Source of the DNA: Terriglobia bacterium
GTDB lineage: Bacteria; Acidobacteriota; Terriglobia; 2-12-FULL-54-10
Length of the DNA: 64,000 bases
Direction: 5' to 3'
Assembly: GCA_963666975.2 (NCBI GenBank)
Contig: CAXVYR010000004.1
Coordinates: forward strand, 2,016,001 to 2,080,000
The translations under genes were made by a program, and so were the position numbers. Within the stretch, counting starts at the first letter, position 1. Every line of letters starts with the position of its first letter. Of the stretch, positions 39,251-50,878 are shown one piece after another. The notes beneath the pieces were generated by a model, which saw only the letters and a program-made list of their open reading frames with translations, was not told the DNA's origin and ran no database searches.

Positions 39251-40399
39251 TAACCGCACCACCTTCTCGGCGGCGTCCCGCATTCCGTCGGCGACGGTAA
39301 AATTCAACTTGGAGTCCTGCAAAATCTGCTGCCCTTGCTCCACATTTGTGCCTTCCAGGCGAACCACGACCGGGATTTTTACGCCCAGCGCCTTGGCTGC
39401 CTCCACCACGCCGCTGGCCACAATGTCGCAGCGCATGATCCCGCCAAAGATGTTGATCAGCACGGCGCGCACGTTGCGGTCCGAGAGCAGTATCTCAAAG
39501 GCGTGGCGAACCTGCTCGGCGCTGGCTCCTCCCCCTACGTCGAGAAAGTTGGCTGGACTCCCCCCCGCGTACTGGATGATGTCCATGGTGCCCATGGCGA
39601 GTCCCGCCCCGTTCACCATGCAGCCTACGGTTCCATCCAGTTTGATATAGTTCAGCCCGTATTTGGTTGCCTCGATCTCCAGCGGGTCCTCTTCAGCGAG
39701 GTCGCGCAGTTTCCCGATCTCCTCGTGGCGGTACAGGGCGTTGTCATCGAAGGTCATCTTGGCGTCGAGCGCCAGCAGCCGCCCGTCGGTTGCCAATATG
39801 AAAGGGTTGATCTCCGCCAGCGATGCGTCGGTAGCTTCAAAAGCGCGGTACAGCGCCATCATGAGCGCGGTGGCCTGCGGGATGCTGCCCGCAGGCAGCC
39901 CCAAACCAAAGGCGAGCTTCCGCGCCTGAAAAGCTTGCAGGCCCGCGCCCGGACGGATGGTCTCGCGCAAAATCAGCTCGGGAGTCTCTTCCGCCACCTT
40001 CTCAATCTCCACGCCCCCGGCGGCGCTCGCCATGAAGACCGGTGAAGCGGTGACGCGGTCAATCACGATGCCGAGGTAGAGTTCCCGTTCAATCGGCAAG
40101 GTCTCCTCGATCAGCACCTGCCGCACCTCTTGTCCTTCGGGGCCGGTCTGAATGGTGACCAGCTTCTTTCCCAGAATCTTCTCGGCCACCGTTTGAGCCT
40201 CTTCCGGCGTCTTGGCAATTTCCACCCCCCCCGCTTTGCCGCGGCCACCGGCGTGAATCTGCGCTTTGACGACCACCGCGCCGCCCAGTTTGCGGGCTAT
40301 CGCCGCAGCCCCGGCGCCATCCTGCGCGGTTTCACCCCGGGGGACGGCCACGCCGAAACTCTTCAGGATTTGCTTGCCTTGAAATTCGTGGATTTTCAT
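39236..40399 (-). CDS. sucC: Succinyl-CoA synthetase beta subunit
   Basis: [33 protein letters not shown]. Confidence 0.97.
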   Translation of the reverse strand: MKIHEFQGKQILKSFGVAVPRGETAQDGAGAAAIARKLGGAVVVKAQIHAGGRGKAGGVEIAKTPEEAQTVAEKILGKKLVTIQTGPEGQEVRQVLIEETLPIERELYLGIVIDRVTASPVFMASAAGGVEIEKVAEETPELILRETIRPGAGLQAFQARKLAFGLGLPAGSIPQATALMMALYRAFEATDASLAEINPFILATDGRLLALDAKMTFDDNALYRHEEIGKLRDLAEEDPLEIEATKYGLNYIKLDGTVGCMVNGAGLAMGTMDIIQYAGGSPANFLDVGGGASAEQVRHAFEILLSDRNVRAVLINIFGGIMRCDIVASGVVEAAKALGVKIPVVVRLEGTNVEQGQQILQDSKLNFTVADGMRDAAEKVVRLAKEA

Positions 40400-40542
40400 G
40401 TGTGGCGTTCTGTTCTTGCCGTTTTACAGGTAGCGGGAAGTCGGATAAAATATCATATCGTCACTCACTGCATAAACAACGAGCAGAAAGAAAAGGTACT
40501 ATAAAGAAAGGTCGCGGCAAAAGCAATACGCCAGCCCCCAAA

Positions 40543-41661
40543 GTGCCCCCTAGCAACGCTGATTCACAAAACAGCGCTTCACAAAACAGCTCCGCACAAA
40601 ATGGCGCTCTGGTTGCCGGCATTCGGCAGAGCGCGGCGCGGCAGGACCTCACCCGCCAGCAAGCCCGGGCGGTGATGGAGGAAATCCTCTCCGGCACGGC
40701 CAGCAATCCGCAGATCGCAATGTTTCTGATGGCGCTGCGCATGAAGGGAGAGTCGGTGGAGGAGCTGATCGGTTTTGCCCAGGCGGTCAGGGCACGGGCG
40801 CTTGCCGTGCGCCCTCATCTGCGTGTGGAAGAGGAGCTGTCCGGCACAGACCGCGACGCTCTGGTGGACACCTGCGGCACCGGCGGGGACGCCAGCGGGA
40901 CCTTCAATATCTCCACGGCAACGGCGTTCGTGGCGGCCGGTTGCGGAGTGCTGGTGGCCAAACATTGCAACCGGTCGATCTCCAGCCGCTGCGGCAGCGC
41001 GGACGTGGTGGAGGCTCTGGGAGTGAAGCTCCGCCTGCCGCCGGAGCGGATCGCCGAGTGTATTGACGAGGTGGGTATCGGGTTTTTGTTCGCTCCCGCG
41101 TTGCACGGCGCGTGGAAATACGCCCAGCCGGTGCGCCGGGAACTGCGGGTTCGCACGGTCTTCAACATGCTCGGTCCGCTGTGCAATCCTGCGGGCGCCT
41201 CCGCGCAAGTGGTGGGCGTTTATGACGGCCGCCTGACCGGGCTTCTGGCCCAAGCCCTGGTGGAGCTGGGGATGCGCCGCGGCTTTGTGGTGCATGGTGC
41301 CGACGGCCTGGATGAGATCACCAATACGGGGGAAACGGCGGTCGCCGAGGTGGACCGGGGGCAGGTCACGATGAAAACGCTGCGCCCGGAAGAGTTCGGC
41401 ATTCCCCGATGCAGCCTCTCGGACCTGCAAGGCGGCGATGTCGCCGAAAACGTACAGATCATCCAGAGCGTCCTGGAAGGACGAACCGGCCCCCGGCGCG
41501 ACGTGGTTCTGTTGAATGCCGCCGCAGCCCTGGCCGCCTCCGGCCGCGCTCCCGACCTCCGGGCCGGTATGCGGATGGCTGCTGAATCCATCGATTCCCG
41601 CGCCGCCCTCGGCAAGCTGCGCGCGCTGGCCGAGTTCAGCAACCGTGACTTTGGTGATTAA
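40543..41661 (+). CDS. trpD: Anthranilate phosphoribosyltransferase (start uncertain)
   Basis: [31 protein letters not shown]. Confidence 0.92.
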   Translation: MPPSNADSQNSASQNSSAQNGALVAGIRQSAARQDLTRQQARAVMEEILSGTASNPQIAMFLMALRMKGESVEELIGFAQAVRARALAVRPHLRVEEELSGTDRDALVDTCGTGGDASGTFNISTATAFVAAGCGVLVAKHCNRSISSRCGSADVVEALGVKLRLPPERIAECIDEVGIGFLFAPALHGAWKYAQPVRRELRVRTVFNMLGPLCNPAGASAQVVGVYDGRLTGLLAQALVELGMRRGFVVHGADGLDEITNTGETAVAEVDRGQVTMKTLRPEEFGIPRCSLSDLQGGDVAENVQIIQSVLEGRTGPRRDVVLLNAAAALAASGRAPDLRAGMRMAAESIDSRAALGKLRALAEFSNRDFGD

Positions 41662-41785
41662 CGATGTGGACGGCCATCCGGCCACCATGCTCTTCGCCGC
41701 ACTGCTCCGTACTTGTTATCAAAAAAGCAGTGCCGCATTGTAACTATTGCAACTGAGGCTCAATCACATAAGAGGAGAACCTGAC

Positions 41786-42213
41786 ATGGCAAAACCCATT
41801 TACGTTAGGAATCTTCGCAAGGAGGACCTGTCCGCAATTGTAGATATTGAAGACCGCGCTACTGGGAGGCAAGAATCGACATCTCGGAAGCCATACGTCC
41901 CTACTGGGCCTCGCTCGTCGCCGAGGCAGACAACCGCGTTGCAGGTTTCGTCTTTGGCCGCGCTGGCGAGTTGGAGTTCGGCCTGCCCGGAACCGTTGCC
42001 TGGATTGAGATCATCGGCGTGGACCCGGCCTACAGGCGTCAGGGAATCGCCGCCAAGTTGATCGAAGAGTTCACTTCCTCAGCCGAGGACCACGGAATCA
42101 AAAAAATTCTCACTCTGATCAGCAAGAGCAGCACGGAGATGGAACACTTCTTTACCCGGCTGGGATTTGCCCAGGGGCAGATGACCCATTTCCAAAAGGA
42201 TCTCAAGAGTTGA
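41786..42213 (+). pseudogene. GNAT acetyltransferase with a frameshift near 41870
   Basis: RBS GAGGAG; MAKPIYVRNLRKEDLSAIVDIE in one frame, SLVAEADNRVAGFVFG..IGVDPAYRRQGIA in another. Confidence 0.75.
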
Positions 42214-42451
42214 CGGTCCAGGCCGCTGTTTGAAAGAATCAATTGCTTCATTGCAAGAGTGGATGCGGGCCGTGGGCTTTGCTCTAGCGTTTGTGACCGC
42301 CTGCCGATCCATCATCTTTCGGCTTCGCTCGGGACAGGCGCACGCGGCCCGCCGGACCGAAGGTCCTCTGGACCGCAGGCAGGCTCGGATTGGATTTACT
42401 TTGGAAACAGAAACATTAACGTCTCGCCATAAATAGGGTTATTGGCACTAA

Positions 42452-43039
<588 letters not shown>

Positions 43040-43081
43040 CTGTTCAGATTCTTTGGTTCACAATCTTGGGCTCAGATTCTT

Positions 43082-44677
43082 TCAAGCATCTTGCTGGGCC
43101 ATCTCAACAGCCTGGAGCAGCGCTTTTCCCTTGTTCAGCGTCTCCTCATACTCTTTCTCCGGGACCGAGTCGGCCACGATCCCTGCGCCTGCCTGAATGC
43201 AGGCCTTGCCGCCGGTGACCACCATCGTGCGAATGCTGATACAGGAGTTGAGGTTCCCGGAAAAATCCAGATACAGCACGGCCCCGGCATAAACGCCGCG
43301 CCGTGCCGGCTCCAGCTCCGAGATAATCTGCATGGCCCTCACCTTGGGCGCGCCCGAGACCGTGCCGGCGGGAAAGCATGCCCACAAGGTGTCCCATGCG
43401 TCCACTTCCGGGCGAAGCTTTCCGCGAACGCTTGAAACCAGGTGCATCACGTGGGAGTAGCGCTCCACGAACATAAACTCCGGGACCTCCACCGTTCCGT
43501 AGCGGCAGACACGCCCCACGTCGTTGCGCCCCAGGTCCACCAGCATCACATGCTCGGCGCGCTCCTTCTCATCTCCCAGCAGCTCCTGTTCCAATTGTTT
43601 GTCCTGTTCGGGAGTCTTGCCGCGCGGACGTGTGCCGGCAATGGGCCGGTACTCCACATCCTCCCCGCTGACCTTCACCAGCATCTCGGGCGAGGAGCCC
43701 AGCACGCAGTCATCGCCCATGCGCAGAAAAAACAGATAAGGCGACGGATTCACCCGGCGCAGCGCGCGGTAGATTTCAAAAGGGTCCACGCGAATCTTGG
43801 TTTCCAGCCGCTGCGAGAGCACCACCTGAAAGATGTCTCCGGCCTGGATATGCTGTTTGGCCTGGCGAACTTTCTCGATAAACCCGCCCTTGCTGATATT
43901 GGAGCGGAGGGAGAGCGGAACAGACCGGCGTTTCGGGGAAGCTTTTTGCTGTCTCTCTATGGCCAGCGGCGACTGGAGCTTTTTTTCGATCCTCTGAATC
44001 TCCTGCTCCGCACGGCTGTAGAGGGAGCGCAGCCATTTTTTCGAAGTCGGCTGCTCGCACCGCACGTTGCAGATGATGGTGATCTGGTGCTTCACATGGT
44101 CAAAGACCAGCACCGTCGAGAAAAACATGAAGACGGCGTCCGGCATGCCGGGTTGGGCTCTCTCCTTCAGACGAACGGGCTCTCGCAGGCTGATCAGATC
44201 ATAGGCCATGTACCCCACGGCGCCCGCGGAAAAAGGCGGCAGCTCATCCACACGAACAGGCCGGAAGGAGGCGAGCAGTTCCCGTGTCATCTCCATGAGG
44301 TCGCCCTTCACCTGTCGCGCCCGCCCCTTCTCGATGATCTCGATCTTGCCCTCAGCCGACGGGGAAGCGCCGCCCGCCCTGGGCTTTTTGCCTTCCGGCG
44401 GCCTTTTCGGCATCCGGAAACGGACAATGAGAAACGGGTCTGCGCCCAGATAAGTGTAGCGGGCAATCGTCTCCCCGCCTTCCACGCTCTCAAACAAGAA
44501 GGAGAAATTCTTCTGGTTGCGACCTTCCTTGTTGTGCCGGGCCCCGGTCCGGCTACTGGTCAGCTTCAGGTAAGCCGAAACCGGGGTCAGCAAATCCGCC
44601 GGGACTGACTTCCACACCGGGATCAGGTTTCCCTGGCGAGCAAGATCGGAAAACTTCTCGGGACCGGGAAGAATCAT
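43082..44677 (-). CDS. trpE: Anthranilate synthase component I
   Basis: FESVEGG, NPSPY, PIAGTR, EHVMLVDLGRND, GTVSGAPK. Confidence 0.94.
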   Translation of the reverse strand: MILPGPEKFSDLARQGNLIPVWKSVPADLLTPVSAYLKLTSSRTGARHNKEGRNQKNFSFLFESVEGGETIARYTYLGADPFLIVRFRMPKRPPEGKKPRAGGASPSAEGKIEIIEKGRARQVKGDLMEMTRELLASFRPVRVDELPPFSAGAVGYMAYDLISLREPVRLKERAQPGMPDAVFMFFSTVLVFDHVKHQITIICNVRCEQPTSKKWLRSLYSRAEQEIQRIEKKLQSPLAIERQQKASPKRRSVPLSLRSNISKGGFIEKVRQAKQHIQAGDIFQVVLSQRLETKIRVDPFEIYRALRRVNPSPYLFFLRMGDDCVLGSSPEMLVKVSGEDVEYRPIAGTRPRGKTPEQDKQLEQELLGDEKERAEHVMLVDLGRNDVGRVCRYGTVEVPEFMFVERYSHVMHLVSSVRGKLRPEVDAWDTLWACFPAGTVSGAPKVRAMQIISELEPARRGVYAGAVLYLDFSGNLNSCISIRTMVVTGGKACIQAGAGIVADSVPEKEYEETLNKGKALLQAVEMAQQDA

Positions 44678-46380
44678 GCCTTCGTCCCGCTTCTTCTGTG
44701 GAGTTGCTGGAGCCGGGAAAGCTCCTGCCGGGCCGTGGTTCGCATACGGCGAAGAGGAGCCTGCCCGCCGGTCCAGTATTCAAACTGCCGCGCCGCCTGC
44801 GCCAGAAACATCTCCAGGCCCGGGATCGTGCGGCATCCGCGCGCGCGGGCAATTTTCAGCAGCCGGGTTTCGGCAGGATTGTAGACCAGATCGAACACCA
44901 GCCTTGCGTTGACCTGTTCCGGCCGCAGGAGGCAGGCTTCCGTTTCCGGCCACATCCCCACGGAGGTGGCGTGAATCAGCAGGCCAAACTGCTCTCGCCG
45001 GAGCGCTCCCATCGGGATGGCTTCGCCGCCCAAAGTTTTTGTAAATGCACGAACCCTGGCGGGACTTCTCCCTGTAACGAAGATGTCCCGGCACCTAAGC
45101 TCCCGGAGGGCGACCCAGGCGGCGCGGGCGGCGCCTCCGTTGCCGACAATCAGGGCCCGGAAATCTCGCGGCAAATGCTCGCCGCTGCCGAGCCGCAGCG
45201 CTTTTCGCAAGGGAACCATGATGCCCTCCACATCCGTATTGATGGCTTCCCATCTGCCCCGCCGCACGCGGACGGTGTTGGCCGCACCCGCCGCCTGGAC
45301 CGTCCGATCCATCCGGTCCACCCAGCGCAGAATCCCTTGCTTGTGAGGAATGGTGACGCTGAACCCGGCCAGGGGGTAGCGGTCCGCCGCGCTGCGGAAA
45401 TCCTTCAGGTCGGAGGAAAGCAAAGGAACATAGACGGCGTCTACTCCGGCGGACCGGAATGCCGCGTTGTGGATGGCCGCGCCCAGCGAGTGGCCCACAG
45501 GATTTCCGAGCAGACCATAGAGAGCCGTCCGGCGGCTCAACGTTTCCGCGCGGTAACTGTTGCGCAAGACCTCCGAGTCGACCTGTCCCGGCGCAGAGGG
45601 CGCAGAGAAGACAGCAGGTTTGTTATTCGGTTGCCGGACAAGAGCCGAACTCGGCCGTCGTGGCGGCGGGCAGGCAGCGTAGACGAAGGCGCTTCCTCTC
45701 GAAAGCGCCAGCACGCGGCTGGGAACTCCCGCTGCTCCCATTGAAAAGGCAATCCACTGTTCTTGCTTCTCTTGTTCTCGCTGCTCTGCTCGCTTCGGGT
45801 TTCTCGTTGCGACTGAGATCAAAAAATCCAGCATGCGGCAATTGTCGGATTGGCGCGTGGCTGTAGGCGCCAGCTTGTAGACCTCCGCCGGGAATCGGCG
45901 GAGACGGCTGGCTGCGGCAGCGAGGGCCGGCGTGCGCTGAAAATCGTGAAATGAGAGGATCAGCAACGCGCGACGATGCAAGGACTCGACCGCCACGCGC
46001 CCGGCGGCCTCTGCGGACTCAATCTCCAGGTCCAGCACTCGGCATCCGGCTGCCGCCGCCCGCCGCAAGATTTCCATCTGCTCGCTGACCGTGCCCCGGA
46101 AGCGCCCGCCGTTCTCCATCCGGCGGCAGGTAGCTTGCAACACGACAGACCTCCCCCGCTGAAGCCGGGACGCGGCTCGGAGCAGCCCGGAAATGCGCGG
46201 CAAAGCCTTCCTCGGATCGCGCAGCCAATCGAGGCGCAGCTCCACCAGAGGGCTATGCCGGAGCGCGTTGCGGGCGCAAGCGAACAGCGTCTCCGGGGTG
46301 TCCCCCGTGGCAGCGATACAGATGCGCGGCAACACGGGCATTTTCTTCGTGTTTTTTTCCTTCCCGGGTTTTTTCTTCAT
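44674..46380 (-). CDS. aroE: Bifunctional type I 3-dehydroquinate dehydratase / shikimate dehydrogenase (aroD-aroE fusion)
   Basis: ELRLD, SFHDF (AroD); GHSL, VTIPHK, AANT, NTD, GNGGAA, DLVYNP, GLEMF (AroE). Confidence 0.92.
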   Translation of the reverse strand: MKKKPGKEKNTKKMPVLPRICIAATGDTPETLFACARNALRHSPLVELRLDWLRDPRKALPRISGLLRAASRLQRGRSVVLQATCRRMENGGRFRGTVSEQMEILRRAAAAGCRVLDLEIESAEAAGRVAVESLHRRALLILSFHDFQRTPALAAAASRLRRFPAEVYKLAPTATRQSDNCRMLDFLISVATRNPKRAEQREQEKQEQWIAFSMGAAGVPSRVLALSRGSAFVYAACPPPRRPSSALVRQPNNKPAVFSAPSAPGQVDSEVLRNSYRAETLSRRTALYGLLGNPVGHSLGAAIHNAAFRSAGVDAVYVPLLSSDLKDFRSAADRYPLAGFSVTIPHKQGILRWVDRMDRTVQAAGAANTVRVRRGRWEAINTDVEGIMVPLRKALRLGSGEHLPRDFRALIVGNGGAARAAWVALRELRCRDIFVTGRSPARVRAFTKTLGGEAIPMGALRREQFGLLIHATSVGMWPETEACLLRPEQVNARLVFDLVYNPAETRLLKIARARGCRTIPGLEMFLAQAARQFEYWTGGQAPLRRMRTTARQELSRLQQLHRRSGTKA

Positions 46381-46642
46381 GAAGCTAAGTTTTTATGATA
46401 AAAGACAGTTGATCGGCTGTCGAGGGGCGTGCTCGGCCCTCTCCTTTTTCTCCCGCAGATGAAGATACGGCACAGGTTGGTGGCGAGTTGCTCCGCGAGG
46501 GTCCCCGCACACCGTCGAGCCACCGGCCGGAGGAAACTGTTCAGGCCGCAAGCCTACACTTCCAGGATACGCTCCTTGGACCTGTACCCGCTCCCGCAGA
46601 TGTGATAGTTTTGAAGATATCTTAAATTTGTGTGGGTGGACG

Positions 46643-47461
46643 ATGGCCTGGCGGTCTGGTTCCCATCTCTATCTGTTGGCAAGCCTTCCCGTGATTGCGG
46701 TTCTCCTGGCGTGGGCCGGGTTTGCCCTGCAACTGGATTCGGCTGACCTGACCATTCCCGGGGAAAAAAAACATGCCGAATTCAGGGACAAACCTCCGGG
46801 GGAGTTCGAATACGTATTTACCCGGCTGGCTCACTACTCGCCGCGGGCGAGAAGCTCCAGGGGGCACACCTGGAACACCGACTATCCCAAGGCGGACCGG
46901 CAATTTTTGCAGGGGGTTTTGCGTTTAACCCATATCGAAGCACGCGAGCAGGAACAGGTGTTGCGGCCGATGGATCCGAATCTGTTCGCTTTCCCTTTCC
47001 TGTACGCCGTGGAAGTAGGATACTGGCGTTTTACCGACGAAGAAGCCGCGCGGTTGCGAGAGTATTTGCTCCGGGGAGGGTTTCTCATAGTGGACGACTT
47101 CCACGGCTCCCGGGAGTGGGCTAGCTTCCTCCGGGAAATGCAAAAGGTGTTTCCGGATCGTCCCATCCGCGAGGTGGAGCTTTCCGACCCGATTTTCCAT
47201 TGCTTTTTTGATATTGAGGAAAAGATCCAAATCCCCGGCCTGCAATATCTTTACAGCGGGCGCACCTATGAGCAGGACGGCGTCACGCCCCATTACCGGG
47301 CCATCTATGACGACAACGACCGCATCATGGTGATGATCAATTTTAACGTGGACCTGGGAGACGCCTGGGAATGGGCCGACCATCCGCAGTATCCGGAGTA
47401 TTACACCTCTTTGGCGTACCGGCTGGGCATCAACTACATCGTTTATTCCATGACCCACTAA
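46643..47461 (+). CDS. DUF4159 exported protein
   Basis: WNTDYPKAD, LREYLLRGGFLIVDDF, DLGDAWE, GINY. Confidence 0.85.
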   Translation: MAWRSGSHLYLLASLPVIAVLLAWAGFALQLDSADLTIPGEKKHAEFRDKPPGEFEYVFTRLAHYSPRARSSRGHTWNTDYPKADRQFLQGVLRLTHIEAREQEQVLRPMDPNLFAFPFLYAVEVGYWRFTDEEAARLREYLLRGGFLIVDDFHGSREWASFLREMQKVFPDRPIREVELSDPIFHCFFDIEEKIQIPGLQYLYSGRTYEQDGVTPHYRAIYDDNDRIMVMINFNVDLGDAWEWADHPQYPEYYTSLAYRLGINYIVYSMTH

Positions 47462-47504
47462 GGGGAAGGGCTCCCGGAGCTGTGCCGAACCGGGTTGGAA
47501 TTTC

Positions 47505-49766
47505 ATGGGCGAAGCAATATTTCGATTTCTTTTCAAGTATCCACCGATTGCCTTCTCGCAGGGCCGTCTCGCCCTGGCTTCTTCGTGGCCGGTCTGGGTG
47601 CTGCTGGCGGCAATCATCCTGGCGGCGGTGTTGCTGGGCCTTTACCTGCGGCGGCTGCGGTCGGCTTTGCCTGCCGGGGCGCGCGTGCTGGTCTGGGGCT
47701 TGCAATCGGTTGCGCTGGCGATTCTCCTGGTGCTGCTGTGGAGCCCCTCTCTGATCCTTTCTACGCTTGTGCCCCAGCAAAATGTGCTGGCCGTGCTTGT
47801 CGATGATTCGGCCAGCATGGCAATGGACGACCAGGGCAGCCCCCGCGTGGATCAGGTCAAAGAAATTCTGGCAGACTCGGGTCCTTTGCTGGGGCAGCTC
47901 CGGGAGAAATTCCAAGTCCGCTTGTACCGTTTTGACAAGGAAGCGGTGCGGATCGACTCCGTGTCCGAGCTGACTGCTTCCGGCGCTTCCTCCCATCTGC
48001 AAGACTCCCTGGCCCAGGCTTACTCTGAACTGCGCCACCTTCCTTTGGCCGGAGTGGTCATCGTCAGCGACGGCGCGGAGAACGGCCCGGCGGCTCCCCG
48101 GGAATTGATGGAGGAATGGAAGGCGCGGAAGATTCCCGTGTACGCTCTGGGCGTGGGAGAAGAAGAGTTCGACCGCGACTTGCAGATCGACGAGGTCTCG
48201 ACACCGCGCACTGCGCTGCCCGGCACTGTTGTTTCGTTCGGCGTGACGGTGCGGCAGCAGGGCTACGTGGGGGAGAGCGCCCGGCTGGAAATCCGGGATG
48301 GAGCGGAAGTGCTGAAATCCCGCGAAATCCACTTCGGCCGCTCACCCGTAGAGACGGTGCAAATGAGTTTCGCCCCCAAATCGGAGGGCATTCCGGAGTA
48401 CACAGTCTCCATCGAGCCGCTCGCCGGGGAGGCTGTGGAAGAAAACAACACTCAATCCCGCGTGGTGGAAGTCCAGGACCGCACCGCCAAAGTTCTCTAC
48501 ATCGAGGGGGAACCCCGGTGGGAGTTCAAATTCATCCGCCGCGCCATGGAAGAAGACCGCAACCTCCGGCTGGTTAGCTTGCTGAGGACTTCGCAGAACA
48601 AATTCTACCGGCAGGGGATCGAGAACGAAGAGGAGCTGGTGGAAGGCTTCCCCGGCCGGGAAGAGCTGTTCCAGTACGACGGGCTGATTTTGGGCAGCAT
48701 CGGGGTTGCTTTCTTCTCGCCCGAGCAGCAGGAAGATATCTACGCCTTTGTCAGCCAAAGAGGCGGCGGATTGCTCTTCCTGGGCGGGCGTTACGCGCTC
48801 GGGGACGGCGGCTACCAAAGCTCCACTCTCGCGGACTTGCTCCCGGTTCAGTTGGACCAGGGGGCCGTCTCGCCGACCTTCCAGCGGACCCCGGTTCGAT
48901 TCCAACTGACGCCGAGAGGCTGGGACCGGTTGCAACTCTCCGAAGACGAGGCAGCAAACCGCGAGAGCTGGGAAAACCTGCCTCTTTTGGGAAATTACCA
49001 GGTTACGGGAGAGCCCAAGCCAGGCGCCGTGGTTCTGGCCGAGGTGGTGGCCCCCGACGGGAAGCGGCACACGCTGCTGGCCTCGCAGCGGTTTGGCCGG
49101 GGCCGAACTTTGATGTTTTCCACCGATGGGTCCTGGCGGTGGCAGATGGAGCTCGACCACACCAACAGTTCCCACAAGACCTTCTGGCAGCAGATTCTGC
49201 ACTCCCTGGTCAGCGACACGCCTCCGCCGGTCAGCATCTCAACCGACAAGGCGCTGTATTTGGACGACCAGCACGTCCGGATACAGGCCGAGATTTACGA
49301 TGAAAACTTTCAGCCGGTGAATGCCGCTTCGACCATTGCTACTATTTCCTCGCCGGATGGGTCTACCGTGGAACTGCCTTTGCAGTTGTCGGTGGAGGAG
49401 GACGGCGTTTTTCGGGGAGAATGGGAGGCCTCTGCTCCCGGCGTCTACCGTGTGGATGTGGTGGCGCGGGCAGGAGAAAAGGAAATCGGCAGGAACAGTG
49501 CGTACTTTCAGCGGGCGGACGGGTCGCTGGAGTATTTCTCCGCCGAACAGAATGTCTCCTTGCTGACTCGGCTGGCAGAGGAAACCGGAGGGGGATACTA
49601 TCCGTTGGAGGAAGCCGGGCGCTTGCCGGAACAGTTGACCTATTCCCCGGCGGGCATCACGGTTCCCGAGGTGCGAGACCTTTGGGACATGCCGTTTTGG
49701 ATTTTGCTGTTGTTCCTGCTGAAGGGAACGGAATGGATTTTAAGAAAACGGTGGCGGTCGATTTGA
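47505..49766 (+). CDS. Membrane protein with VWA, Ig-like and GATase1-like domains
   Basis: N-terminal TMs, MIDAS DDSASM, SDG, EGEPRWEFKF, C-terminal TM EWILRKRW. Confidence 0.85.
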   Translation: MGEAIFRFLFKYPPIAFSQGRLALASSWPVWVLLAAIILAAVLLGLYLRRLRSALPAGARVLVWGLQSVALAILLVLLWSPSLILSTLVPQQNVLAVLVDDSASMAMDDQGSPRVDQVKEILADSGPLLGQLREKFQVRLYRFDKEAVRIDSVSELTASGASSHLQDSLAQAYSELRHLPLAGVVIVSDGAENGPAAPRELMEEWKARKIPVYALGVGEEEFDRDLQIDEVSTPRTALPGTVVSFGVTVRQQGYVGESARLEIRDGAEVLKSREIHFGRSPVETVQMSFAPKSEGIPEYTVSIEPLAGEAVEENNTQSRVVEVQDRTAKVLYIEGEPRWEFKFIRRAMEEDRNLRLVSLLRTSQNKFYRQGIENEEELVEGFPGREELFQYDGLILGSIGVAFFSPEQQEDIYAFVSQRGGGLLFLGGRYALGDGGYQSSTLADLLPVQLDQGAVSPTFQRTPVRFQLTPRGWDRLQLSEDEAANRESWENLPLLGNYQVTGEPKPGAVVLAEVVAPDGKRHTLLASQRFGRGRTLMFSTDGSWRWQMELDHTNSSHKTFWQQILHSLVSDTPPPVSISTDKALYLDDQHVRIQAEIYDENFQPVNAASTIATISSPDGSTVELPLQLSVEEDGVFRGEWEASAPGVYRVDVVARAGEKEIGRNSAYFQRADGSLEYFSAEQNVSLLTRLAEETGGGYYPLEEAGRLPEQLTYSPAGITVPEVRDLWDMPFWILLLFLLKGTEWILRKRWRSI

Positions 49767-50878
49767 TGCGAACTAATTTGTTGCCAACTGGGCGGATGGG
49801 TTCAAAAGCAATGCAGCATCGTCGCCCGGCGGCTCGGTTCCGTTCTGTGTGCATGGCTCTGGCGTGGGCGCTCTGCATCCCGAATTTTATGAGCTTTGCC
49901 GCTGCCGCACAGGCTCCGGAAAACGGAATCTACGCCGTGGTCATCTCCGGGCTGGGAGGGGAGCCGGCCTACGGAAAGCTCATCGACCAATGGGGCAAAG
50001 ACCTCTCTTCCGTGCTGCGGAAACACGCAGTCTCCGGGGATCGCGTCTTCTGGCTGGCCGCGAACAAAGAGATGGAGGGAATCTACGCCGAATCCCGCCG
50101 CGAGGAGATCGTCAAACTCATGGAAGAGCTGGCTGCGCGCCTCACCGCCGAGGACACCTTGGAACTGTTCCTGATCGGCCACGGCAGCTATGATGAGTAT
50201 GACTACCGCTTGAACCTCCCCGGTCCGGACCTCACCGCTTCACAGTTGAGCGACCTGCTGGGAGGCATCCGGGCGGGCAGGCAGGTGGTGGTGAACATGA
50301 CGAGTTCGAGCGGCGCAAGCCTGGCTTCCCTGCAGCGCAAAGGTCGCGTGGTGATCACCGCAACCAGCACCGGGAGAGAACGGAATTTTTCCGTATTCGC
50401 CCGCTATTTTACCGAGGCGCTCAATGATCCTGCCGCCGACACGAACAAGAACCGGGAGCTTTCGGTTCTGGAAGCCTTCCAGTATGCCAGCCGGGAGGTG
50501 GCCCGCTACTACAAGGAATTGACGCGGCTGGCCACCGAACACGCGCTGCTGGAGGATCAAGGGGACGGGGAAGGCGCGCGAGAGGCGACGCCGGAAAACG
50601 GGCAGGGATTACTGGCTTCCTCCCTCCCGCTGGTGAACCTGGGGGGACGCACCGCCGCGGATGACGATCCGCAAGCGCGCGCCCTCAGAACCCAAAAGCG
50701 CAAGATCGAAGAGGCCATCGAACAGTTGAAGTACCGCAAGGCTTCTTTTACCTCGGAACAATACTTTGAACGCCTGGAAAAGTTATTGATCGACCTGGCC
50801 GAAGCGGAACAGAACCTGGAAAACTTGGTGCAAGACAATGCAGGGGAAAACGAAAACCGGAATGGCCCGAACCTGTAG
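49766..50878 (+). CDS. Exported caspase-fold (clan CD)-like protein with coiled-coil tail
   Basis: VVISG, LFLIGHG, VVVNMTSSSG, RVVITAT..E; TGATG coupling. Confidence 0.65.
   Translation: MRTNLLPTGRMGSKAMQHRRPAARFRSVCMALAWALCIPNFMSFAAAAQAPENGIYAVVISGLGGEPAYGKLIDQWGKDLSSVLRKHAVSGDRVFWLAANKEMEGIYAESRREEIVKLMEELAARLTAEDTLELFLIGHGSYDEYDYRLNLPGPDLTASQLSDLLGGIRAGRQVVVNMTSSSGASLASLQRKGRVVITATSTGRERNFSVFARYFTEALNDPAADTNKNRELSVLEAFQYASREVARYYKELTRLATEHALLEDQGDGEGAREATPENGQGLLASSLPLVNLGGRTAADDDPQARALRTQKRKIEEAIEQLKYRKASFTSEQYFERLEKLLIDLAEAEQNLENLVQDNAGENENRNGPNL

Noticed and set aside
40402-40542. Long N-terminal extension of TrpD
   Set aside because: A start at 40402 leaves no room for divergent promoters with sucC (start 40399); the extension is low-complexity, so the start is probably later
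49421-49765. N-terminal extension of the 485-aa ORF
   Set aside because: Overlaps the upstream gene; the coupled TGATG start at 49766 is more plausible
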